DNA from: an uncultured bacterium
GTDB taxonomy: Bacteria > Chloroflexota > UBA5177 > JANWHV01
Reading direction: 5' to 3'
NCBI GenBank assembly: GCA_963729625.1
Contig: CAVSOU010000014.1
Coordinates: 1 to 64,000, forward strand
Length of the DNA stretch: 64,000 bases
The notes under the pieces were generated by a model. The model was given only the letters and a program-made list of their open reading frames with translations. It searched no databases and was not told the DNA's origin. Below, piece after piece: positions 29,526-38,996 of the stretch (position 1 is its first letter; every line of letters begins with the position of its first letter). Both the position numbers and the translations under genes were made by a program.

Positions 29526-30353
29526 GTGAACATGAGTGGGAGCGTCGGTGCGGGCCTTCGCGTAGAAGGAGCGCGGGTGGCCCAGGGTACGGTGGTGAAG
29601 CTATCGCGGAACGACAGCGTACTGCACAACATCGGATTCGAAGCGGTGCGCTTTCGGGAGGGCGGCCGCCATGCCGGCGACACGGGATCGGATGAGGTCG
29701 CTCTCGTGATCGTCTCAGGAATAGTGACCGTCAGTACTGGAAGCTCGACCTGGTCGAGAATCGGCGAGCGACTCGATCCATTCTCCGGCAGCCCGTTTGC
29801 CGTCTACGTCCCGGCCGAACAGCATTACGAGATCCTTGCGCACGCCGACGCCGAGATTGGCATCTGCGCGGCGCCCGCTCGCGAGGCCATTCCTGCCCGG
29901 CTGATCGAGCCACGCGACGTGTCCTCGAACACGCGTGGCGCCGGCCAGGCATCGCGCACCATCAACAACATCCTCATGGAAGGCGCGCGCGCGTCGTCGT
30001 TGCTGGTGACGGAGGTACAGAGTCCGGCGGGCAACTGGTCGAGCTACCCGCCCCATAAGCACGACGTCGACAATCTGCCTGGAGAATCGCAGCTCGAGGA
30101 AACGTACTATTTTCGCATCAAGCCGGCGCAGGGATTCGCGTTCCAGCGCGTGTACACCGGCGACGGCGAACTTGATGAGACCGTCACTGTGCACGACGGC
30201 GATCTCGTTCGCGTCCCGCGCGGATATCACGTTGTGGCAGCAGCAGCAGAGTACCAGGTGTACTATCTCAACGTGTTGGCAGGGCAGCATCGCGCGCTAC
30301 GCATCAACTTTGATCCCGAGCACAAATGGATTATGGAGGGGTGGACGTGGTGA
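29526..30353 (+). CDS. iolB: 5-deoxy-glucuronate isomerase
   Basis: GNWSSYPPHKHD, LEETYYF, GFAFQRVY, VPRGYH, YYLNVLAG. Confidence 0.93.
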   Translation: MNMSGSVGAGLRVEGARVAQGTVVKLSRNDSVLHNIGFEAVRFREGGRHAGDTGSDEVALVIVSGIVTVSTGSSTWSRIGERLDPFSGSPFAVYVPAEQHYEILAHADAEIGICAAPAREAIPARLIEPRDVSSNTRGAGQASRTINNILMEGARASSLLVTEVQSPAGNWSSYPPHKHDVDNLPGESQLEETYYFRIKPAQGFAFQRVYTGDGELDETVTVHDGDLVRVPRGYHVVAAAAEYQVYYLNVLAGQHRALRINFDPEHKWIMEGWTW

Positions 30354-32242
30354 GCTCAGCAGCATCGCCGGTCGGCGCAACGCGGCGCATGACGGCGGCA
30401 CAGGCAATCGTGCGCTTTCTTGCCCAGCAGTACGTCGAGCGGGACGGGAAAACGCAGCGGATGGTAGCCGGCGTCTTCGGCATCTTCGGGCACGGCGTTG
30501 TATCGGGTCTGGGCCAGGCTCTCGAGGAAGTCGGTGAAGCGCTTCCGTTTTACCAGGCGCGCAACGAGCAGGCAATGGTTCATACTGCCGCCGCGTTCGC
30601 ACGGATGAAGAATCGCCTGCAGATCTTTGCCTGCACCTCGTCGGTGGGGCCCGGGGCTACCAACATGATCACCGGCGCCGCCGGCGCCACCGTGAACCGC
30701 ATCCCCGTTCTGCTGCTGCCGGGAGACACATTTGCCAGCCGTATCCCGCATCCCGTGCTGCAGCAGCTTGAATACTTCGGCGGACAGGACGTCAGCGTCA
30801 ACGATGCGTTCCGGCCGGTGTCGCGCTACTGGGATCGGATTACACGACCTGAACAGATCCTGTATAGCCTGCCCGAAGCCGTACGGGTGCTGCTCGACCC
30901 TGCAGAAACCGGTGCCGTGACAGTCGCTCTCCCGGAAGATGTCCAGACCATGGCGTACGACTATCCCGACGTGTTTTTCCGACAACACCTGCACAGGGTG
31001 TTCAGACCGTTCCCGGCTCCGGCCGCGACCGCGGAAGCGGTGCAACGAATCCGGGCGGCCAAGCGGCCCATCATCGTTGCCGGCGGCGGCGTGCTCTATT
31101 CAGAGGCCTCGTCCGCGCTCGATGCGCTGGCTCGCGCGTGCGGTATTCCGGTCGTCGAGACTCAGGCTGGAAAAGGCGTGTTGCCGTGGGATCATCCCTG
31201 GATGGCCGGCCCCGTCGGCGCCACGGGCGGCATCGCCGGAAATCGGCTTGCGGCGACGGCGGACCTTGTCATAGCGGTCGGCACACGGCTCAGCGACTTC
31301 ACCACGGCCTCAAAGACCGCGTTCCAGAACCCCGACGTCACGTTCATTGGCGTCAACGTCACCGCCATGGATGCGAACAAGCTGAGCGCGCTGCCGCTAG
31401 TCGGGGACGCGCGCAGCACGCTCGAGGTTCTTGCCGCGGCGCTGCGCGACGCCGGCTACCGGACAGGCGACGACTACGCCGGCGAGATCAAGGGCCTGAA
31501 CCAGGACTGGCACAGGGCCGTGGATCTGCAGCGCGCGACTACCGATGACCAGCACCTGACGCAGGCGCAGGTCATCGGCATCGTCAACGACTTCGCGCGA
31601 CCAACAGACGTCGTCGTCTGCGCATCCGGTGGCTTGCCCGGCGACCTCCACAAGCTCTGGCGAACCACTGACGCGAAGGGGTATCACGTCGAGTACGGGT
31701 ACTCCTGCATGGGCTACGAGATCGCGGGCGGCCACGGAGTGAAGATGGCCGACCCGTCGCGCGAGGTCTACGTCATGGTCGGTGACGGCAGCTACCTGAT
31801 GTTGCACACCGAGATAGTCACGTCGCTGCAGGAAGGTAACAAGCTCACGATAGTGGTCCTTGACAATGGCGGCTTCCAGTGCATTCGATCGCTCCAGCAA
31901 TCGCTCGGATCGCCGTCCTTCAGCAATGAGATGCGGTATCGCAATCCGGCGACCGGGAGGCTCGAAGGAGGCTACGTGCCGATCGACTTCGTCAAGAACG
32001 CTGAGAGCCTCGGCGCAAGCGCGTACTTCGCCGCCACGCCCGCGGCGCTTCGCGAGGCGCTGGAGCATGCGTCCCGCGCCACCCAGACGGTCGTCATTCA
32101 GGTCCCCGTGGATGTCGATGCCCGAGTGCCCAGCTACGACGGCTGGTGGGATGTACCGGTGGCGGAAGTCTCCGCGCAACCCGCTGTCGTACAGGCTCGC
32201 CACGACTATGATGCTGCTCGCACGAGGCAGCGGTACTTCTGA
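30350..32242 (+). CDS. iolD: 3D-(3,5/4)-trihydroxycyclohexane-1,2-dione acylhydrolase (TPP-dependent)
   Basis: GIFGHG, NEQAMVH, NRIPVLLLPGD, YHVEYGYSCMGYE, GDGSYLM, WWDVPVAEVS. Confidence 0.95.
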   Translation: MSSAASPVGATRRMTAAQAIVRFLAQQYVERDGKTQRMVAGVFGIFGHGVVSGLGQALEEVGEALPFYQARNEQAMVHTAAAFARMKNRLQIFACTSSVGPGATNMITGAAGATVNRIPVLLLPGDTFASRIPHPVLQQLEYFGGQDVSVNDAFRPVSRYWDRITRPEQILYSLPEAVRVLLDPAETGAVTVALPEDVQTMAYDYPDVFFRQHLHRVFRPFPAPAATAEAVQRIRAAKRPIIVAGGGVLYSEASSALDALARACGIPVVETQAGKGVLPWDHPWMAGPVGATGGIAGNRLAATADLVIAVGTRLSDFTTASKTAFQNPDVTFIGVNVTAMDANKLSALPLVGDARSTLEVLAAALRDAGYRTGDDYAGEIKGLNQDWHRAVDLQRATTDDQHLTQAQVIGIVNDFARPTDVVVCASGGLPGDLHKLWRTTDAKGYHVEYGYSCMGYEIAGGHGVKMADPSREVYVMVGDGSYLMLHTEIVTSLQEGNKLTIVVLDNGGFQCIRSLQQSLGSPSFSNEMRYRNPATGRLEGGYVPIDFVKNAESLGASAYFAATPAALREALEHASRATQTVVIQVPVDVDARVPSYDGWWDVPVAEVSAQPAVVQARHDYDAARTRQRYF

Positions 32243-32264
32243 TTAGGCGAAATGGAAGCTCGCA

Positions 32265-32756
32265 GTGGGTGAATCGCTGTCGGACCGGCTCATCGCGCTT
32301 CTGCGCGACAATGGTGCTGACTTCGAGGTGCTGCAGCATGAGCCGGTTCGCACGAGCGCCGAAGCCGCCCTGGTTCGTGGAACGACCATGGAGCAGGGGG
32401 CCAAGGCGCTCGTATTTCAGACCGCGGACCGGCTGCTTTTGCTCGTGCTTCCGGCGAATCTGCGTGTGGACTCACGTGGGTTCAGGCACGCGCTCGGCGT
32501 ACGCAGCCTGCGGATGATAGCAGCCAGTGATTTGTTGCAGCAGTTCGATCTCGAAGTGGGAGCGGTACCGCCATTCGGCCGCCTGCTCGGGTTGGAAACC
32601 TATGTCGACGAGCGGCTGCTCGTCCAGCCGCGCATTGCATTCAATGCCGGCAGCAAGACAACCTCCGTCTTGCTGGCCACGGCAGACTACCTGCGTCTCG
32701 AGAAACCCACCGTCGGCAGCTTCGCGGAGGAGTCCCTTGAGGCAACGCAATCTTGA
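32265..32756 (+). CDS. YbaK/ProX-family aminoacyl-tRNA editing-domain protein
   Basis: HEPVRTSAEAA, GAKAL, GAVPPFG, IAFNAG. Confidence 0.85.
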   Translation: MGESLSDRLIALLRDNGADFEVLQHEPVRTSAEAALVRGTTMEQGAKALVFQTADRLLLLVLPANLRVDSRGFRHALGVRSLRMIAASDLLQQFDLEVGAVPPFGRLLGLETYVDERLLVQPRIAFNAGSKTTSVLLATADYLRLEKPTVGSFAEESLEATQS

Positions 32757-32819
32757 GCTCACAGGCCGGCCGGGCCTTTATAGACTCCTCGCGCGTGAAT
32801 CAAGCACCAGGAGGCACGG

Positions 32820-33699
32820 ATGCAACTTAGCTTCGCGACGACGGCGGTGCCGGAGCTATCGCTCACCGAGGTAATCGCGCTCGCGGGAAGAATGCGCTAT
32901 CAAGCGGTCGAAGTGCAATGCTGGCCTCGCAGCGGGTCGCCGGGAGTGACCCACATCGACGTCGCGGAGTTCAATGCCGATTCGGCACGTCGCATTCGCG
33001 AACTGCTCCAACGTGAAGGAATCGCTCTTTCGGCCCTTGCCTGCGTTCCTGCGACGGATGGTGAACTTCCCGATGGCTTGCAGGTCCCCGCCGCGCACTT
33101 GCACGCACTGGTCGACGCCGCGCACATGCTCGAGGTCCCGCGCATAATCACCTGCGTGAACGCCGCGCCAACAACGCCTGGCTGGTCCGACGCAATCGCT
33201 CGCTTGGGAGCGCTCGCAAGCTACGCGTCACATCGCTCTGTCGTCGTGTGCCTCGAGCACGCGTGGCTTGACCCGACCGGGCGACATCCCGAAACGGGCG
33301 AGCCGATCGCGCCACCCCTTGCCTGGTGGGAGCATGTCTGGAGGAATCTGCCGAGTCCGAGCATCGGGCTGAGCTATGAGCCGCTGATACTTGCTCGCCT
33401 GGGCGTCGACGAGGTTGCGCCGATCCTGGCGCTTGGAGGCACGATATGCCAGGTTCGCGCAACCGACAGCTGGCCTCGGCAGCTTGCCGCCGGGGGCGGA
33501 CTCACCGCAGCGCAGACACGCGTGCGGTGGGATGCCATCATCGCCGCGCTGGGAGTGTCCGGCTTCACCGGTCCCATCACCGTCCGGTTGGGGCCTGAGC
33601 TGCAGAACATCGAGCCTGGAGGCACGCGTCGACGCGCTCCGCCATGCGTCTGCCTACCTTCGAGGGCATCTGGCTTCGTCGCATCGGCTCCGAGCCTGA
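32820..33699 (+). CDS. Sugar-phosphate isomerase/epimerase TIM-barrel protein, divergent; probable frameshift near 33620
   Basis: AVEVQCWP...VTHIDVAEF, ALSAL, IGLSYEP, VRWDAII..L..SGFTG. Helical C-terminus EARVDALRHASAYLR is in the next frame. Confidence 0.7.
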
Positions 33700-34090
33700 C
33701 GGTCTGTGACCTCTTGGTGAGATACCAAGACTGACATTGCGTTGCCGGCGCAGAGATTGGGGCGTCCTCGGTCGCTGTGAATATGGCCAATCGACGTTGA
33801 CGATCCATCTGCAGTGCTCCTGGTCAGTCATGTGTGCTCTGAACCGGCGCCGCGGAGCCCTTAACTGCCCTGTTGCCGTAGCGTCAGGCTGAGGTCGCCA
33901 CCGTTCGGTCGCGGCTCCTGCCTGCCACTCAGCAGCCATCCGCGGCCCGTTGGTACCATACACAGGCAGTGGTAGTTGGCAGGGCGCGGACGTGTGGTGC
34001 GGCACGGCGGCGTTTGTTGCGACGAACTACGTGAGTCGCGACTCGGCAGCCGGATCCGACCCTGGCCGCGTTCTGAGTGCGGAGGTGAGC

Positions 34091-35467
34091 ATGGGCAACG
34101 TAGGCAAGGAATCGGCCCTCGATCTCTCACAGAAGATCATGACATTGCTCTTTGGTCCCCCGTCAGTGCGCGCGTTCGCGACACGCTACTGGGACGGAAG
34201 CAATGAGCAATCTGGCGGCACGTCGACGGCTCCGTTTACTATAATCCTGCGCCGGCCCTGGGCGTTGCGACGGCTTCTCTTTCCGCCTACCGAGATCGCG
34301 GCGGCTGAAGCGTACCTCAGGGACGATTTTGACGTCGAGGGCGACATGGAACAGGTAATGGCTCTCGAGCAATCACTCGGGGAGTCGATTCGGTCGCCTT
34401 TGCGCCTTGCCCGCATTCTGTCACTTGCAAGGCGCCTGCCGCCTCCCGAAACCGGCGAGCCGCTGAGTGGGCGCTCGGCCGAACCGCGTCGTACTCTTGG
34501 CCGTCGCCACTCACGCAGGCGAGACTCGGCGACAGTGAGATCTCATTACGACGTTGGCAATGACTTCTACAGCCTGTGGCTCGATAGCCGACTCGTCTAT
34601 TCGTGTGCGTATTTTCCCACGGGGGAGGAGGATCTTGACGTTGCGCAAGAGGCGAAGCTCGAGTACATCTGCCGCAAACTGCGCCTGAAGCAGGGTGAAA
34701 CTCTGCTGGATATCGGATGCGGCTGGGGCGGGCTCGTGCAGTATGCTGCGGAGCATTACGGCGTTAAGGCCACGGGCATCACGCTGAGCGGCGAGCAGGC
34801 GCGCCTCGCCCGCCAGCGCATTGCCGGCGCCGGCCTGAAGGACCGAGTGCTGATCGACGTGCGCGACTACCGGGAGATTCCCGGCGGGGACCGCTTCGAC
34901 AAGGTCGTGAGCATCGGCATGCTCGAGCACGTCGGTCGCGCCCACATGAACCAATACTTTGACGTTGCCCGGCGAGTCACCCAACCTGGCGGGCTATTCC
35001 TTGCACACGGGATCGTGGATCAGGTGGCTCCTCAAAGCGGCCTTTCACTCGGGCATCTGGCCAACCGTGCGCGCGGCTCGGGCAGGTTCATCGACGAGTA
35101 TGTGTTTCCTGACGGCGAGCTTCTTGCGACGTGGGAGTTAGCCAGAGCGGCGGCTCACGCAGGCTGGGAGCTTCGCGACGTCGAGAATCTGCGCGAGCAC
35201 TATGCGCGCACGTTGCGCCACTGGGTCCGAAGGCTCGAGATGCATCACGACGACGCTGCTTCCCTCGTGGGCGAGCCGACCTACCGCGTGTGGCGGCTGT
35301 ACATGTCTGGCGCGGCGCACGGCTTCGCGCGTGGGGACCTCGGCATTATCCAGCTGCTCCTGTCGAACTGCGTCGAAGGCGGCGCTTGCACGCTTCCGCC
35401 GACGCGTGCCGATCTCTATCAAGAGACAGAGAAGCGGGGGGTGGTTGCCTCGTCGGCATCGAACTGA
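34091..35467 (+). CDS. cfa: Cyclopropane-fatty-acyl-phospholipid synthase family methyltransferase
   Basis: HYDVGNDFY, YSCAYF, LLDIGCGWG, SIGMLEHVG, YVFPDGEL, HYARTL. Confidence 0.92.
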   Translation: MGNVGKESALDLSQKIMTLLFGPPSVRAFATRYWDGSNEQSGGTSTAPFTIILRRPWALRRLLFPPTEIAAAEAYLRDDFDVEGDMEQVMALEQSLGESIRSPLRLARILSLARRLPPPETGEPLSGRSAEPRRTLGRRHSRRRDSATVRSHYDVGNDFYSLWLDSRLVYSCAYFPTGEEDLDVAQEAKLEYICRKLRLKQGETLLDIGCGWGGLVQYAAEHYGVKATGITLSGEQARLARQRIAGAGLKDRVLIDVRDYREIPGGDRFDKVVSIGMLEHVGRAHMNQYFDVARRVTQPGGLFLAHGIVDQVAPQSGLSLGHLANRARGSGRFIDEYVFPDGELLATWELARAAAHAGWELRDVENLREHYARTLRHWVRRLEMHHDDAASLVGEPTYRVWRLYMSGAAHGFARGDLGIIQLLLSNCVEGGACTLPPTRADLYQETEKRGVVASSASN

Positions 35468-35550
35468 AATGTGCTTTGCACCCCCGCAAACTCCCCGGGC
35501 TAGAGGCCAGCGTTTCTTTCACGCTAAGACTCGCGCGTGAATACTGCAGG

Positions 35551-36459
35551 TTAGTCGGGCGCTGCGGGCGCGGGCCGCGCTCGCCGTGCGGCGGCTGGCA
35601 GCCTCCCGGCCGTTGACAGGTATGAGCCGAAGATAATCAGCACGAAGCCGAAGACCGTGCTCACGCTGAGTGGTTCGGCGAGAAATGCGACGCCGAGCAG
35701 CACCGACACGACGGGATTGACGTAGGTGAACACCGTACCCTTGCTGGCGCCAACTTCGGCTACGAGTGCGAAGAACGTCAGCTCGGCGAGCGCCGTGCAC
35801 ACGAGACCCAGGACCAGAAGACTTACGACCACGTCAGCACCTGGCATGTGCGTCGGCAGCCGTGTAGCCGCTATTGGGGCAAGAAGAATCGTCGTAATCG
35901 CGCACTCGACAGCTACTACTCCCAGACTCGGTAACCGCGAGTACGTACTGGCTCGCAGCATGAGGGCGCTGGCCGCGTAGCAACACGTGGCAATCAACAC
36001 CATGAAAGCCCCTACGAGGCGCATACTTCCGCCTCCGATATCGAGGCCAAACAGCACTGCGACGCCCGCCGCCCCGATCACGAGCCCCACAAAGCGCACG
36101 CCGTCCACCTGCTCGGCGCGGTCAAAGTGAAGCGCGAATAGCGCCACTAGCATCGGTTCCGCGGCGATAATCAAGCTGGCGAGAGATGACGCGATGTGTT
36201 GCTCGCCGTAGCTGATCAGCAGAAACGGAATGGCGATCTGCACCAATGTGAGTCCTGTGATTGGCAGGATCTGACCGGCAAGCTGTCGCAGCGCTCCGCG
36301 AAACCAGGCCACTGGCATGAGCACAACAGCAGCGATTCCAACCCGGGTACACACCACGATCGACGGATCGACGGCCTTTACCGCGATCTTGATGAAGAAG
36401 TAGGGGATGCCCCAGAACAGCGAGATCGCGACGAAAAGCATCCAGCCTCTTGGGGTCAC
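35551..36459 (-). CDS. EamA/DMT transporter
   Basis: FWGIPYFFIK, ten hydrophobic segments, TYVNPVVSVLLG. Confidence 0.9.
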   Translation of the reverse strand: MTPRGWMLFVAISLFWGIPYFFIKIAVKAVDPSIVVCTRVGIAAVVLMPVAWFRGALRQLAGQILPITGLTLVQIAIPFLLISYGEQHIASSLASLIIAAEPMLVALFALHFDRAEQVDGVRFVGLVIGAAGVAVLFGLDIGGGSMRLVGAFMVLIATCCYAASALMLRASTYSRLPSLGVVAVECAITTILLAPIAATRLPTHMPGADVVVSLLVLGLVCTALAELTFFALVAEVGASKGTVFTYVNPVVSVLLGVAFLAEPLSVSTVFGFVLIIFGSYLSTAGRLPAAARRARPAPAAPD

Positions 36460-36722
36460 GATCCGTTTCTCCCGACGTGTCTCGATCGGCGCATGCCCTT
36501 AGGCTAGCAGCCCTGCCGGAGGGATGTCACTGGAGCTCCAGTTCGGCGCATGAAAGGCGACGGCTGTGGCCGGCCGCAAGGGACCACGGTCAAGTCCTGG
36601 GCCACCGTATGGGCGTTCGCAGGAGCGAGGACCACGACGCCTGCCGAGGCGACGGCACCGACTACCGGCGCGCAAGGAATGCCCGAGTCGGAGGTGCATG
36701 CACCTTCGCCTGAGAAGCACGC

Positions 36723-37433
36723 TTAGCTGAAGTTTCCCGTGCGGATCGCAGAGGCCTGCGAGTTGAGAATCTCCTCGATCCGATTGCACGAAGCCAGGCT
36801 TGGCAAGAGCACGAGTGTTCCGCCAATCGCGTCGCCCTCGACCACGATCTTCGTTTCGATGAGAATCCCATAGGCTTGGGTCTGGGCCATCTCCACCACA
36901 ATAGACTGGAGTACAGCGGCCCACATGTCACGGACGACAAACGGTGGCGAGGGTAGGACGGTGAGCTTGGTGGTGTCGGCAACCGCATTGAGAAACGCTG
37001 AAGCGGCGACATTTCCGAGCTCGCTAACCATTGAATCGGCAAGGTATCGCATCTCCGGCGTGTCAAGGTCGTCGGTCATAAGAAGCACGCGCGAGATGAA
37101 GTCCGAGGCTTCCGGCGCCATGCACAGTGCTACGTGGCCATCGATGTCACCGGAAAACGCGACGTACACGGCCGTAACCGGGCTCTCCGCGCCTGGGTCG
37201 TAACAGTCAAGCAGATCTTCCAGCCGAGTGTACGCCGCACGGGAGCCACGGAACTGAATGTCGCGCTCCACGAGTCCAGCGAGCTGGGCGCCCGCGTAGG
37301 CGAGGGCATCCATGAACACGGCGGCCAATGTCGGAGTGAGGACGGGAAGTGCTTTACTCGCCACCTCGTCCATGGTGCTAACTCCTCCAATGCGCTCATG
37401 CCAACTTCGCTCGAGTAGCTTGTCAACGCTCAT
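36723..37433 (-). CDS. cheC: CheC-family CheY-P phosphatase-like protein
   Basis: FSGDIDG, SMVSELGNVAASAFLNA, PSPP, DMWAAVL, LVLLP; the first E-x2-N site is degenerate. Confidence 0.8.
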   Translation of the reverse strand: MSVDKLLERSWHERIGGVSTMDEVASKALPVLTPTLAAVFMDALAYAGAQLAGLVERDIQFRGSRAAYTRLEDLLDCYDPGAESPVTAVYVAFSGDIDGHVALCMAPEASDFISRVLLMTDDLDTPEMRYLADSMVSELGNVAASAFLNAVADTTKLTVLPSPPFVVRDMWAAVLQSIVVEMAQTQAYGILIETKIVVEGDAIGGTLVLLPSLASCNRIEEILNSQASAIRTGNFS

Positions 37434-37595
37434 GCATTGCGGTGGCGATCAGGCCTCAAGCTGCGGCATCAGGGTAGCATCACCCGCTCTTGTGAGTACC
37501 CGCCACTTTGGTGCCAGGTGAATGTAGCTGATGATATTTGACAGACTACTAAAGAGGTATTCGGCACAATGTGGCAGATCACCAGTGCATATGGC

Positions 37596-37622
37596 TACAC
37601 TTTTGGCAGAATCTGCCGATAG
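37596..37622 (+). promoter_or_regulatory. Sigma28 (FliA/SigD)-like promoter for the HDOD gene
   Basis: TACA-N15-GCCGATAG versus consensus TAAA-N15-GCCGATAA; overlapped by palindrome GGCAGAATCTGCC (37605-37617). Confidence 0.5.
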
Positions 37623-37661
37623 GTACGTGAGTAGCAGTCAGGACATGCGGGGAGGGCATAG

Positions 37662-38510
37662 ATGGTCCAGCCAACAGTCTCCGGGGAGAACAATCCTCCG
37701 GCGCCGTTTCAGATAACCAAGAAGACGCTGCAGTCTTTGGCGCCGCTGCCTGCCACGGCCGTACAGCTGCTTGCCCTTCTGGATCAGCCGGACACATCCT
37801 TGCGCAAAATCGCAGACGTGGCCAGTCGCGATGTGGGTATTGCCGCGGCGATGCTTCGCATGGCCAACTCGCCGATCTTCGGCATGCGCGGCCGGGTAGG
37901 AAGTATTGGTGAGGCCATACGTCTCATCGGTACTGCCCAGGCTCGCCTGCTGGTGCTTACCTGGGGCGTGGCGCAGGCAGGACAAAAGGAGCTTTGGCTC
38001 TACGGTCTGCCCTCAGGCGCCTTCTTGCGCCACAGCGAGCTGGTGGCAACACTCTCCATGGCTATAGCGCGCGAGGTACAGTACCCGGCTTCAGGGGTTG
38101 CGTACAGCGCAGGCCTGCTGCACGACATTGGCAAAGTGATCATTAACGCTATCGTCGTTCAGGGTGGGCCAGGAGCGCCAAAACCCGAAGCGTTCGTGAA
38201 CGAGCATGCGCAGCCCGCGGCGAGCATCGTAACTCTGGAGCGCGATGGTGTGGGCACCGACCACGCCACCGTCGGTCGCGATCTGGCCACGCTCTGGTCG
38301 CTTCCGACGGAACTGAGCGACGCCATGTTCTTGCACCACGCGAACCCGGTGAGAAGCCCCCCATCGTTGGCCGCGATCGTCGCGCTTGCAAACGCGGTCG
38401 CGGGCCAGGTCGACGAACGCTATCCCGCGGTGCTAAGAGCGGCGTTCCCGGAGACCCACTTGGTTCCGATCGATACGCTCGTTGCGCTCGCACAGGAGGC
38501 CCTCGAGTAG
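37662..38510 (+). CDS. Stand-alone HDOD-domain protein
   Basis: LAPLPAT, LRMANSPIFG, AIRLIG, HSELVA, AGLLHDIGK, DHATVG..LATLWSLP, LHH. Confidence 0.9.
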   Translation: MVQPTVSGENNPPAPFQITKKTLQSLAPLPATAVQLLALLDQPDTSLRKIADVASRDVGIAAAMLRMANSPIFGMRGRVGSIGEAIRLIGTAQARLLVLTWGVAQAGQKELWLYGLPSGAFLRHSELVATLSMAIAREVQYPASGVAYSAGLLHDIGKVIINAIVVQGGPGAPKPEAFVNEHAQPAASIVTLERDGVGTDHATVGRDLATLWSLPTELSDAMFLHHANPVRSPPSLAAIVALANAVAGQVDERYPAVLRAAFPETHLVPIDTLVALAQEALE

Positions 38511-38539
38511 GTTCCTCCTATTGAGACGTGCGCGGTTCT

Positions 38540-38902
38540 CTAGGGCTCGGCGTGAACGGCGGTTGAAGGCTCGGTGGTCAGAACGTGCTCGACCACTCGA
38601 ACCAGCTCGGCGCGCGGTCGCGCACCAACCAGGCGCTTGATTTCCTTGCCTCCCTGGAACATGGAGATTGTCGGAATGCCCTGGATGCCGTAGCGCATGG
38701 CCACCTCGGGACTGTCGTCGACGTTCACCTTGACTGTGCGAAGCCGCCCCTCGTACTGGCCGGCCAGCTCTTCGACGATTGGTCCGACCATCCGGCACGG
38801 GCCGCACCAAGGCGCCCAGAAGTCGACAAGGACAGGGACGGTCGACTGAAGGACAGTCTTCTCGAATCCCTGGTCGTCGGTCGATATCACATGCATGCTC
38901 AT
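38540..38902 (-). CDS. trxA: Thioredoxin
   Basis: VLVDFWAPWCGPCR, YGIQGIPT. Confidence 0.95.
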   Translation of the reverse strand: MSMHVISTDDQGFEKTVLQSTVPVLVDFWAPWCGPCRMVGPIVEELAGQYEGRLRTVKVNVDDSPEVAMRYGIQGIPTISMFQGGKEIKRLVGARPRAELVRVVEHVLTTEPSTAVHAEP

Positions 38903-38996
38903 TGCTTGATCCTTGCTACCAACGCGTAATCCACCAAACGGTACTTCAGCGTACCATACCCTGCTACGGTATACAAACCGAGTGCTTGGCTGCGTC

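Noticed and set aside
723-33699. Programmed frameshifting at the scattered frame breaks (~825, ~3030, ~23712, ~33620)
   Set aside because: No slippery heptamers or consistent context; sequencing indels are the simpler explanation.
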